Assembly (NCBI RefSeq): GCF_032444005.1 | Contig: NC_091288.1 | Location: 13,888,001-13,952,000, forward strand | Direction of reading: 5' to 3' | Source: Ranitomeya imitator | Taxonomy: Eukaryota | Length of the DNA stretch: 64,000 nucleotides | In this document: one piece after another, positions 1 to 11,678 of the stretch | Layout of the letters: the number at the start of each line of letters is the position of its first letter | Numbering within the stretch: the stretch's first letter is position 1 | The notes under the pieces: generated by a model | What the model saw: the letters and a program-made list of their open reading frames with translations, nothing else | Database searches by the model: none | What the model was told of the DNA's origin: nothing | Program-made: the position numbers and the translations under genes

Positions 1-746
1 TTTTAATATAACAATGGCGCGCCTGTCTGCAGGAGCCAGGAATTCTGCGTTATCAATCACCTGCGCATATTACTTCTGCAGGGACAGGTCCTGGAGAAGA
101 ATGCCGGGGTGCAGAGGGGACCCATAAATCAAACCCCGAAAAAAATCATTAATTATACAGACAGGTAGCAAAAGCGGAAAAAAAAAACCCTCGTGAATTT
201 CCAATGTGAATCCATCGTATGAGCGCCGGGCCGTCAGCACTATGGGGTCACAACAAGGTGAGAAACGCCGCTATGTCACCCAGAGACATCCAGTGTGCAG
301 ACCCCCCAACTAAAAAGGGGGTTTATATAGATGCCCGGGTAATAACAAGAGAAAAAAAACCCGCACGGCCGCGTGCACACGATCAGTATCTGCAGCACAT
401 CTTTCTGCACCAAAAACCAAAGTGTTGCCCGTAAAAAAAGCTTCGAGAAACATGTTTTTGATGAGATTTTCATGCATTTTATTTATGTGCTTTTTTCCCC
501 ATTTATTTGAATTGGTGGAAAACGCTGCAAAAACGCTGAAAGAATTGACGCTGCAGATAAAAAAAAAAAAATTCAAAAGAAAGTAAAAAATAAGAAGCGC
601 GAGCACGAGACTTCAGAAATCTCATTCACTTTGCTGGTGCTGGAAAGTGCAGCATTTTTTTACCCTGTGTGTGAACAAGTCCTTAGGTGTACAAAGAGGG
701 TTTTTATTTCGAGGAGCTTAGAGCAAACTCTCCGGATTCTGCCGTA

Positions 747-1708
747 TAGAAGGTTTACACAGTAAAATATCGATATTTGCAGATGATACAAAACTATGTA
801 AAGCAGTTAATACAAGAGAAGATAGTATTCTGCTACAGATGGATCTGGATAAGTTGGAAACTTGGGCTGAAAGGTGGCAGATGAGGTTTAACAATGATAA
901 ATGTAAGGTTATACACATGGGAAGAAGGAATCAATATCACCATTACACACTGAATGGGAAACCACTGGGTAAATCTGACAGGGAGAAGGACTTGGGGATC
1001 CTAGTTAATTATAAACTTACCTGGAGCAGCCAGTGCCAGGCAGCAGCTGCCAAGGCAAACAGGATCATGGGGTGCATTAAAAGAGGTCTGGATACACATG
1101 ATGAGAGCATTATACTGCCTCTGTACAAATCCCTAGTTAGACCGCACATGGAGTACTGTGTCCAGTTTTGGGCACCGGTGCTCAGGAAGGATATAATGGA
1201 ACTAGAGAGAGTACAAAGGAGGGCAACAAAATTAATAAAGGGGATGGGAGAACTACAATACCCAGATAGATTAGCGAAATTAGGATTATTTAGTCTAGAA
1301 AAAAGACGACTGAGGGGCGATCTAATAACCATGTAATAGTATATAAGGGGACAATACAAATATCTCGCTGAGGATCTGTTTATACCAAGGAAGGTGACGG
1401 GCACAAGGGGGCATTCTTTGCGTCTGGAGGAGAGAAGGTTTTTCCACCAACATAGAAGAGGATTCTTTACTGTTAGGGCAGTGAGAATCTGGAATTGCTT
1501 GCCTGAGGAGGTGGTGATGGCGAACTCAGTCGAGGGGTTCAAGAGAGGCCTGGATGTCTTCCTGGAGCAGAACAATATTGTATCATACAATTATTAGGTT
1601 CTGTAGAAGGACGTAGATCTGGGGATTTATTATGATGGAATACAGGCTGAACTGGATGGACAAATGTCTTTTTTCGGCCTTACTAACTATGTTACTATGT
1701 TACTATGT
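747..1708 (+). mobile_element. 5'-truncated CR1-type LINE (3' end of ORF2 reverse transcriptase plus 3' UTR and tail)
   Basis: The frame of ORF 839-1336 reads FADDTKL at 776-796 (RT catalytic motif) and continues through MDLDKLETWAERWQMRFNNDKCKV...LEKRRLRGDLITM. After in-frame TAA TAG at 1334-1339 it resumes in the same frame (TRGHSLRLEERRF...). Ends in a (TACTATGT)n tail at 1681-1708, typical of CR1. Confidence 0.93.
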
Positions 1709-2577
1709 ATACTGGGGTCTTCTCCGGGCATCGACGTTCAGCACGGGCAGTAACATTTGATAAAACCTGGAACGGAGGCTCCATTGGACATGTGCTCACA
1801 GCACAAGAGCCACGTTCCCATGAGTGCAGGCTGTGCTGCGGTTTTGTGTATTTTGTGCTCTGGGTTAGAGAGAACGGTATCTCTGAACCTGGTGCAGACC
1901 GAGCTGATGAGACGTATCTGGCGTATTATATGGATCTATAACTATGGCTGACTCTTCGCTATGTCTTATCTGACGCTGCAGTGTCCGGGCTGACAATCCC
2001 ACAGTCGTGTCCTGGACGTTCCCAGGCTCCCAGGTCCCGGCATCTCTTATCTTAGTGACTGCACAGCTGCATTGGCGCGGTGCCTCCCAGACCCCTCCCG
2101 CCGTCTCCCACCTGCAGCTGCACCTAGAGGTAAAGCCCCTGGTGAAGGAGGTCGCCGCTCCCTGATAGCGCTGCGGAGAAACAACAAGCCTTTGTTCATG
2201 AGGGGCCATCCTAAAAATATTAATGAGAAAATGTGTTATCACCGCAGCCTGAAATACCGCGACTATAAGCAACGAATGCTGCAAATTACAACCTGTGCTG
2301 ATCACTGCAAATGTGAGATCAGGATAATGGGAGGACGCAAAAGGAATTGTACTTGTTACAGGAGGACTTAAAGGGGTTGTCCAGGATCTTAAAAAATGGT
2401 GACTTCATCCAAAAACAGCACCACCCCTGTCCACAGGTTGTGTCTGGTATTGTAGGTAGCTCCACTCGCCATATTACAGCTTCAGACACAACCTGAGTGC
2501 AGCTACTGGCGAGGAAACCAAGAGGTAACGGTGCGAAACGTCACATGGGGAGACTGAGGTCTGAGCATCCTGACACA

Positions 2578-4050
2578 CGGCCGCTGTACAGACCCCCTCA
2601 CCTCACAGGGCCGCTGTACAGACCCCCTCACCTCACAGGGCCGCTGTACAGACCCCCTCACCTCACAGGGCTGCTGTACAGACCCCCTCACCTCACACGG
2701 CCGCTGTACAGACCCCCTCACCTCACAGGGCCGCTGTACAGACCCCCCTCACCTCACAGGGCCGCTGTACAGACCCCCTCACCTCACAGGGCCGCTGTAC
2801 AGACCCCCTCACCTCACAGGGCCGCTGTACAGACCCCCTCACCTCACCAGGCCGCTGTACAGACCCCCTCACCTCACAGGGCCACTGTACAGACCCCGTC
2901 ACCTCACAGAGCCGCTGTACAGACCCCCTCACCTCACAGGGCCGCTGTACAGACCCCCTCACCTCACAGGGCCGCTGTACAGACCCCCTCACCTCACAGG
3001 GCCGCTGTACAGACCCCCTCACCTCACAGGGCCACTGTACAGACCCCCTCACCTCACAGGGCCGCTGTACAGACCCCCTCACCTCACAGGGCCGCTGTAC
3101 AGACCCCCTTCACCTCACAGAGCCGCTGTACAGACCCCCTCACCTCACAGGGCCACTGTACAGACCCCCTCACCTCACAGGGCCACTGTACAGACCCCTC
3201 ACCTCACAGGGCCGCTGTACAGACCCCCTCACCTCACAGGGCCGCTGTACAGACCCCCTCACCTCACAGGGCCGCTGTACAGACCCCCTTCACCTCACAG
3301 AGCCGCTGTACAGACCCCCTCACCTCACAGGGTCGCTGTACAGACCCCCTCACCTCACAGGGCCACTGTACAGACCCCCTCACCTCACAGGGCCACTGTA
3401 CAGACCCCTCACCTCACAGGGCCGCTGTACAGACCCCCTCACCTCACAGGGCCGCTGTACAGACCCCCTTCACCTCACAGGGCCGCTGTACAGACCCCCT
3501 TCACCTCACAGAGCCGCTGTACAGACCCCCTCACCTCACAGGGCCACTGTACAGACCCCCTCACCTCACAGGGCCACTGTACAGACCCCTCACCTCACAG
3601 GGCCGCTGTACAGACCCCCTCACCTCACAGGGCCGCTGTACAGACCCCCTCACCTCACAGGGCCGCTGTACAGACCCCCTCACCTCACAGAGCCGCTGTA
3701 CAGACCCCCTCACCTCACAGGGCCGCTGTACAGACCCCCTCACCTCACAGGGCCGCTGTACAGACCCCCTTCACCTCACAGAGCCGCTGTACAGACCCCC
3801 TCACCTCACAGGGCCGCTGTACAGACCCCCTCACCTCACAGGGCCGCTGTACAGACCCCCTTCACCTCACAGAGCCGCTGTACAGACCCCCTCACCTCAC
3901 AGGGCCACTGTACAGACCCCCTCACCTCACAGGGCCACTGTACAGACCCCCTCACCTCACAGGGCCGCTGTACAGACCCCCTCACCTCACAGGGCCGCTG
4001 TACAGACCCCCTCACCTCACAGGGCCGCTGTACAGACCCCCCCTCACCTC
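2578..4050. repeat. 30-bp minisatellite (GGCCGCTGTACAGACCCCCTCACCTCACAG)n, about 49 copies
   Basis: Directly visible tandem unit with single-base C/T indels; explains ORF 2497-4104. Confidence 0.98.
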
Positions 4051-5804
4051 CTGTGGCTCAGCTGCAGTAAAGTGGTGCAATGTCACCCCCTTGTGTTCAT
4101 GTAGTAATGTTACATAGGTTGACGAATGATTCTGCTCCATCACATTTATTTATTTAAGTTCAACTTTTCTCCAAAGTTCATACTGTAATAATAAATATCA
4201 TCAGGAAAGAAACACGAAGCATCAAAATCCGGCACCGAACCACACAATGGTGAAAATGTTTTCAATTAGTAATTTTTTTACAGATTTGTGCCAAAATCAA
4301 AGGCAGAAAAAATCAGAGACTCTTTGATGAAGATGCATGAGAAAACCACCTGTCGCCATGAGCGCATGGCCCACAGGATCTGCCGTCCTTGTGGCCGAGG
4401 TCTCTGTACCAGCACCAGAGCCGTCATCGGGGCATTATTCCCACTCCGCAATAGTTAACAGCCACCACCAGCCAATCATAGGCCGGCATATGACGTCACT
4501 GCCATGAGCCAGCGCGTCCACGCCTCAAAATGCATGAGTGATAGGACCGCTGCTAGATCGTGGCCAGGTTAGGGGGCAGAATGGAGACACGTGGGGCAGA
4601 ATGGAGTCATGTGCGTCAGGATGGAGAGATATATGGGGCAGAGTGAAGACACATGGGGGCAAGACGGCAGAACATATGGAGCCAGGGATAAGACACAAGG
4701 TGGCCTGGATGTGGGACATCACCACTGTAGGGGCAAATTAAGGGACATTATTACTGCTGTGATGTGTGTTATTTCTTGAGGATACTGTTATCATCTCTGC
4801 AGGAAATAACTGTGTTATTTCCTGCAGAGGTGAGTCCTGGCTGGAAGAAGTGATGACGGTCTGTGCTGGATGAAGAAGAAAAGCGAAGATTAAGGTCTTT
4901 AACTAGAGTTGTCACTGTTAAGTCATGGTGTGAATAGGACAATTGGAGGATCATGAAAAATTTGGGTACCTGTCTCCTGATCTTCATAATCGGTGAGATT
5001 GTTCCAATATCTGATCTGTAATCTGGCTATAACGAATTTTCACCCTTGAATAGGAGAGTTATATCTCTTATATTATACCTGTCTCTCACAGTCAATATCT
5101 GATTTTAGGGATGGGAATTGTGCTTGCCACCAAGAAAATACTGCCAGGAAGTGTTACCTTCTATTTGATGGTCAGTGGAGGGACATAGACTTCCCATAGT
5201 GCTATCTGTGGGTGATTTATTGTTTGCACTGTCTTTGCCCTTTACGTCCGGCTGGACATCATTTATGGATTAAGATATATGCGGTTGCTTTATTGATAAT
5301 ATTAAAAGTTCTGTTTTATTTACCATGCATTGCTATATTATTTTAACCCCTTCATGACCGGAGATATTTTCGTTTTGTTTTTTTGCACCCCTTCTTCCCA
5401 GAGCCATAACTTTTTTATTTTTCCATCAATATGGCCATGTGAGTGCTTTTTTTTTTTTTTTTGCGGGCCGAGTTTTACTTTTGAACGACACCATTGGTTT
5501 TAACATATCGTGTATTGAAAAAAGGGAAAAAAATTCCAAATGCGGTGAAATTGCAAGAAAAGTGCAATCCCACCGTTGTTTTTTGTTTGGCTTTTTTGCT
5601 AGGTTCACTAAATGCTAAAACTAAGCTGACATTATGATTCTCCAGGTCATTACGAGTTCATATGCATGTAAAGAAGCTGCGGAGACACCATCACGTGTTT
5701 CTCGACGCAAGCAGTGAATAGCCAGGCCTTTCCCCGGGAAGGAACAACCACGGGAAGGGCAGCATCCTATGAAGGAAAGCCACCTATGCCAAGCATGGTA
5801 TCCA

Positions 5805-5849
5805 TCCACAGACAGCTGTTTCAAGGTATTTGCCCCTCATCAGTGTGGA
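5805..5849 (-). ncRNA. Type I hammerhead ribozyme motif (minus-strand copy)
   Basis: Minus strand reads TCCACA-CTGATGA-GGGG-CAAATA-CCTT-GAAA-CAGCTG-TC-TGTGGA: intact CUGAUGA/GAAA core, 6-bp stem I, stem II with two G-U wobbles, GUC cleavage triplet. Confidence 0.8.
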
Positions 5850-6130
5850 GTAGGAATCTGGCTATTAGGAGCAATGCCTAGTAAAATGTGGATGGATAGG
5901 CCTGGCTATTCACTGCTTGCGTTGAGAAACACGTGATGGTGTCTCCGCAGCTTCTTTACATGCATCTGCATATTTCCCATAAGGGATGGGGGTAGTGTTC
6001 TGGAATCACTGCGTTGAGAAACACGTGATGGTGTCTCCGTGGTGTTGGATGTTTTGGTCTCCCCGAGGCCAATCATCTGTGCCTTTATAGCCTTTTTACT
6101 AGGCACTGCTCCTAATAGCCAGATTCCTAC

Positions 6131-6175
6131 TCCACACTGATGAGGGGCAAAAACCCCGAAACAGCTGTCTGTGGA
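6131..6175 (+). ncRNA. Type I hammerhead ribozyme motif
   Basis: TCCACA(6131-36) CTGATGA(6137-43) GGGG-CAAAAA-CCCC(6144-57) GAAA(6158-61) CAGCTG(6162-67) TC(6168-69) TGTGGA(6170-75): all core nucleotides present, perfect stems I and II, short palindromic stem III as in Penelope/retrozyme minimal hammerheads. Confidence 0.88.
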
Positions 6176-7029
6176 TGGATACCATGCTTGGCATAGGTGG
6201 CTTTCCTTCATAGGATGCTGCCCTTCCCGTGGTTGTTCCTTCCCGGGGAAAGGCCTTGGCTATTCACTGCTTGCGTCGAGAAACACGTGATGGTGTCTCC
6301 GCAGCTTCTTTACATGCATCTGCATATTTCCCATAAGGGATGGGGGCAGTGTTCTGGAATCACTGCGTTGAGAAACACGTGATGGTGTCTCCGCGGTGTT
6401 GGATGTTTTGGTCTCCCCGAGGCGAATCATCTGTGCCTTATTACGAGTTCATAGACACCAAACATGTCTAGGTTGTTTTTTATCTAAGTGGTGAAAAATA
6501 ATTCCAAACTTTGTTAAAAAAAAAATTTGCGGCATCTTCCAAAACACGTAGCGTCTCCATTTTTCATGATCTGGGGCTTATTTTTTGCGCACAGAGCTGA
6601 CGTATTTAATGATACCATTTTGGTGCAGATACGATTTGTTGATCATCTGTTATTGCATTTTAATGTCACAGCGACCAAAAAACCGTAATTCTGGTGTTTT
6701 GACTTTTTTCTCGCTAAGCCGTTTAGCGATCAGGTTAATTCTTTTTTTTATTGATAGATCGGTCAATTCTGAACGTGGCGATACCAAATATGTGTAGGTT
6801 TAATTTTATTTTTATTGTTTTATTTTGAATGGGGCAAGAGGGGGTGATTTGAACTTTTTATATTTTTTTTTAATATTTTTAAAACCTTTTTTTTATTCTT
6901 GGTATGCTTCAATAGTCTCCATGGGAGACTAGAAGCTGCTGTAACCCGATCGGCTCTGCTACATACAGGTAATGCTCAGATCACCTACATGTAGCAGAAT
7001 ACCTCACTTGCCATGAGCGCCGACCAACG

Positions 7030-7565
7030 TGGTGGTATTATGTAGTCTGGTCACGGTGTGACGGTATTTTTCTCTTGTATGTGGTATAATTCCGTCACTA
7101 TGTGATGGTAATATGTGGTCCGGTCATGGTGTGGCGGTATTTGTCCCCTGTATATGGTATTCTTTGGTCACTATGTGGTGGTAATATGTGGTCTGGTCAT
7201 GGTGTGGCGGTGTTTGTCCCTTGTATGTGGTATTATTTGGTCACTATGTGGTGGTATTATGTGGTCTGGTCACGGTGTGATGGTATTTTTCTCTTGTATG
7301 TGGTATAATTCCATCACTATGTGGTGGTAATATGTGGTCCGGTCATGGTGTGGCGGTATTTGTCCTCTGTATGTGATATTATTTGGTCACTATGTGGTGG
7401 TAATATGTGGTCCGGTCATGGTGTGGCGGTGTTTGTCCCTTGTATGTGGTATTATTTGGTCACTATGTGTTGGTAATGTGATCTGGTCACGATGTGGCAG
7501 TATTTGTGTATTGTATGTGGTATTATTCGGTCACTAGGTGATGGTAATTTGTGGTCTGGTCATAA
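7030..7565. repeat. Degenerate ~72-bp tandem repeat (GTGGTGGTAATATGTGGTCTGGTCATGGTGTGGCGG...), about 7 copies
   Basis: Recurrent GTCACTATGTGGTGGTAATATGTGGTC at ~72-nt spacing. Confidence 0.85.
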
Positions 7566-8832
7566 TATTGCAGCATTTGTCCCTAGTATGTGATATTACT
7601 AGACATTTTAAAAAATGTATGCAACACATTCCCTTAAAGAGAAATAGATAAAAATATACCTAAAAAGAGTATTGGATATTAAGAAATGTTTGATAGGTTA
7701 GAGTAGAGTAGAGCTGGCCAGAGGAGTCTACCGTGTTGTGGTGGCGGCTTAAAAAATCTTTTGGCCAAAAAAAGCTGCTGGGAATGTATGTGATCTGGTG
7801 ATAGGAACTGGTAATGTGTGATTGATGAGGATGTGATGCATAAGTGGAGTTTTACAAATAGTGGGCGATGGGAATGTGGAAGATTCGAGGGGTGGAAGTG
7901 GAGCTGGGATGGAGCCTGGATGGAGTCCTAAGGGGGCCCGAATATTTTGCCAGTATGGGGCCCTGAATTTCCAGGTGGCAGCACAATCTGTGCAGGTGAT
8001 GTTCTTACAGATGGAAATGATCCACGCTGTAACTGCGCACTCTGCTGGACAAGAGCAAGAACTGCATGATGCAAACTTAAAAAGCTGTTCACACCTTTGA
8101 CATAGGAAAAAAAATATTTTTACATGTTAGTGGTTACCTTTAGTTAAAGGGGTTGTCTAGTATTGATCATTCTCTTATTAATGGGCTTGGGGGAAGTGAA
8201 AAAAAATTATGCTCACTTCCAAGACTGGCCGCACTCCTCCATATTCAGCGCTTCGACCTTCGCTGATCTGCTGGGATCCTGTGAATAGAGAATCACTTAG
8301 TAAAAGGGCACACATCCTTTAAAAATCTTTCAACCCCTTGATCATCACTATCCCTCTATAATTTTTCCGCTCTGTTGTTTTACTGTGCCAAGATTGTGAA
8401 CTTCAAAATAAAGGTTTTTCAATGCAAAGTACAAAAATAACAAGTTCCAATCAAATTTCTGTACAATGTTCTATAACAGAGGAACCGTAAATGCCACAGT
8501 GTGCAGTTCCTCTGTTGTTCCCCCTGGAAACGGGTGAATAATTCTACATTTGGGTGTAACCATTGTCGTGGGCCTGCAGTTCGACATTTCCACGCATCCA
8601 TAGACTAGAATGGACGAGTGTAGTCTGATTTATGTGTCAGTCCGCAACATGGTGACATCTTTTTCTCACGTTGAATCATTATGAGAAAAAAATAGCGGAT
8701 CAGCTCTGCCCCATAGTATAACACTGGTCCAATAATCAAATACAAAATCAGATATCACTGAACAGATTAATAAAGTCACGTCAGCGAGACCACATTGCAA
8801 TGTACATCAATAATTCACTTTATGGCACAATA

Positions 8833-11571
8833 CAGTGGGGGAAATAAGTATTTGATCCCTTGCTGATTTTGTAAGTTTGCCCACTGACAAAGATATGAGC
8901 AGTCTATAATTTTAAGGTCGGTTAATTTTAGCATTGAGACATAGAATATCAAATATAAAATCCAGAAAATCACATTGTATAAATTATATAAATTTCTTTG
9001 CATTTTGCAATGAGAAATAAGTATTTGATCCCTCTGGCAAACAAGATTTAATACTAGGTGGCAAAACCCTTGTTGGCAAGCCCAGCAGTCAGACGTTTCT
9101 TGTAGTTGATGATGAGGTTTGTGCACATGTCAGGAAGAATTTTGCTCCACTCCTCTTTGCAGATCATCTCTAAATCATTAAGATTTTGATGCTGTCACTT
9201 GGCAACTCGGAGCTTCAACTCCCTCCATAAATTTTCTGTGGGATGAAGGTCTGCAGACTGGCTAGGCCTCTCCATGACCTTAATGTGCTTCTTTTTGAGC
9301 CACTCCTTTGTTGCCTTGTCTCTATGTTTTGGGTCATTGTCTTGCTGGAAGACCCTGCCATGACCTATTTTTAATGTCCTGTCACTCAGGATTTTACAGT
9401 ACATGGCTCCATCCATTCGCCCATTGATGCGGTGATGTAGTCCTGTGCCCTTAGCAGAGAAACACCCCAAAACATAATGTTTCCACCACCATGCTTGACA
9501 GTGGGGATGGTGTTCTTTGGGTCATAGGCAGCATTTATAATAATAATAATATAATAATAATAATAATTTTTATTTATATAGCGCCAACATATTCCGCAGC
9601 GCTTTACAAATTATAGAGGGGACTTGTACAGACAATAGACATTACAGCATAACAGAAATACAGTTCAAAACAGATACCAGGAGGAGTGAGGGCCCTGCTG
9701 CTCGCAAGCTACAAACTATGAGGAAAAGGGGAGACACGAGAGGTGGATGGTAACAATTGCTTTAGTTATTCGGACCAGCTATAGTGTAAGGCTCGGGTGT
9801 TCATGTAAAGCTGCATGAGCCAGTTATCTGCCTAAGTATGTAGCAGTACAGACACAGAGGGCTAATAACTGCATAAAGTGTATGAGAACATGATGCGAGG
9901 AACCTGATTGTTTTTTTTTTTTATAAATAGGCCACACAGGGATCGTTAGGTTAATGCATTGAGGCGGTAGGCCAGTCTGAACAAATGAGTTTTTAGGGTA
10001 CGCTTAAAACTGTGGGGATTGGGGATTAATCGTATTAACCTAGGTAGTGCATTCCAAATAATCGGCGCAGCACGTGTAAAGTCTTGGAGACGGGAGTGGG
10101 AGGTTCTGATTACTGAGGATGCTAACCTGAGGTCATTAGCGGAGCGGAGGGCACGGGTAGGGTGGTAGACTGAGACCAGAGAGGAGATGTAGGGTGGTGC
10201 TGAGCCATGGAGTGCTTTGTGGATGAGGGTAGTAGTTTTGTACTGGATTCTGGAGTGGATGGGTAGCCAGTGTAATGACTGGCACAGGGTAGAGGCATCG
10301 GTGTAACGGTTGGTGAGGAATATGATCCTGGCTGCAGCATTCAGGACAGATTGGAGCGGGGAGAGTTTGGTAAGAGGGAGGCCGATTAGTAGAGAGTTAC
10401 AATAGTCCAGACGAGAATGAATAAGTGAAACAGTAAGAGTTTTTGCAGAGTCGAAATTAAGAAAAGGGCGAATTCTAGAAATGTTTTTGAGATGCAGGTA
10501 AGAAGAGCGAGCCAGTGATCGGATGTGGGGGGTGAATGAAAGGTCAGAATCAAGGATGACCCCAAGGCAGCGGGCATGTTGCTTTGGAGTAATGGTGGAA
10601 CCGCACACGGAGATGGCAATGTCAGGCAAAGGTAGGTTAGTAGAGGGAGAGAACACGAGGAGTTCAGTTTTTGACAGGTTTAGTTTCAGATAGAGGGAGG
10701 ACATGATGTTAGAGACAGCGGTAAGACAATCACTGGTGTTTTCTAAAAAGGTCGGTGTGATATCGGGAGCAGAAGTGTATAATTGGGTGTCGTCAGCATA
10801 GAGATGGTACTGGAAACCAAATCTACTGAAGAGCATTTCTCTTCCTCCAAACACGGCGAGTTGAGTTAATGCCAAAGACCTCAATTTTAGTCTCATCTGA
10901 TCACAGCACCTTCTCCCAATCACTCACAGAATCATCCAGGTGTTCATTGACAAACTTCAGACGGGCTGCACCTGTGTCTTCTTGAGCAGGGGGACCTTGC
11001 GGGCACTGCAGGATTTTAAACCTTTATGGTGTAATGTGTTACCAATGGTTTTCCTGGTGACTGTGGTCCCAGCTGCCTTACGATCATTAACAAGTTTCTC
11101 TGTGTAGTTTCAGGCTGATCTCTCACCTTCCTCATGATCAAGGATACCCCACGAGGTGAGATTTTGCACGGTGCCCCAGATCGATATCGATTGACAGTCG
11201 TTTTGTATTTCTTCCATTTTCTTACTATTGCACCAACTGTTGTCTCCTTCTCACCCAGCGTCTTACTTATGGTTCTGTAGCCCATTCCAGCTTTGTGCAG
11301 GTCTATGATCTTGACCCTGACATCCTTAGAAAGCTCTTGGGTCTTGCCCATGTTGTAGAGGTTAAAGTCTGACTGATTGAGTCTGTGGACAGGAGTCTTT
11401 TATAAAGGGGACTATGTAAGACAGCTGTCTTTAATGCAGGTAACGAGTTGATTAGTAGCGTCTAACTGGTCTGTAGGAGCCAGAACTGAATTTTATTTTT
11501 GATATTCTATCTCTCAATGTTAAACTTAACCTACCCTTAAAATTATAGACTGTTGAGGGATCTAATCATTA
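8833..11571 (-). mobile_element. Defective Tc1-family transposon split by an L2 insertion; one TIR truncated
   Basis: TA|CAGTGGGGGAAATAAGTATTTGATCC TIR at 8833. Transposase fragments [22 protein letters not shown] (11351-11016) and ...FQQDNDPKH...[11 protein letters not shown] (9470-9195). Tc1 sequence resumes at 10832 after the L2. Confidence 0.9.
9537..10831 (-). mobile_element. 5'-truncated L2 (CR1-clade) LINE with RT C-terminal half
   Basis: YHLYADDTQLY motif (YADD at 10789-10800) in ORF 9946-10923; 3' tail GCGCTATATAAATAAAAATT(ATT)n; flanked by AGCATTT at 9530-9536 and 10832-10838. Confidence 0.92.
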
Positions 11572-11598
11572 TTTACCCCAATGTTAGGATTCAATTAA

Positions 11599-11678
11599 CA
11601 CTAGAAGTCCCAGAGAGGGGTCATTAAACCTTTCTATCTTTGGAACCTTTGGAGTCGAAATTTCTGGGACTTCTAGTG
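11599..11678. mobile_element. 80-bp miniature TTAA-flanked inverted-repeat element (piggyBac-like MITE)
   Basis: TTAA(11595-98)|CACTAGAAGTCCCAGA ... TCTGGGACTTCTAGTG|TTAA(11679-82): perfect 16-bp TIRs. Confidence 0.8.

Larger units (their letters stand above)
5663..6439 (+). mobile_element. Hammerhead-carrying non-coding retroelement (Penelope-like pLTR / non-LTR retrozyme type): inverted arm plus partial tandem of a ~354-nt monomer
   Basis: 14-bp direct repeat ATTACGAGTTCATA at 5649-5662 and 6440-6453. 5663-5886 is the reverse complement of about 6094-6318. 5887-6083 is a deleted direct copy of about 6170-6437. A full monomer spans 6084-6437. Confidence 0.85.
5347..7025 (+). mobile_element. 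Non-autonomous piggyBac-like DNA transposon, left end present and right end not seen; interrupted by insertion 5663-6439
   Basis: Begins TTAA|CCCCTTCATGACC (TTAA at 5343-5346, CCC terminus typical of piggyBac). The sequence either side of the insertion joins seamlessly across the duplicated ATTACGAGTTCATA. Confidence 0.6.

Noticed and set aside
1904-1935. CTGATGAG as another hammerhead
   Set aside because: No downstream GAAA and no stem I or III.
2369-2490. Additional TTAAAGGGG-type MITE ends (also near 8143, 25420 and 59912)
   Set aside because: Only one terminus is visible in each case, so boundaries cannot be supported.
2497-4104. 535-aa ORF
   Set aside because: Translation of the 30-bp minisatellite.
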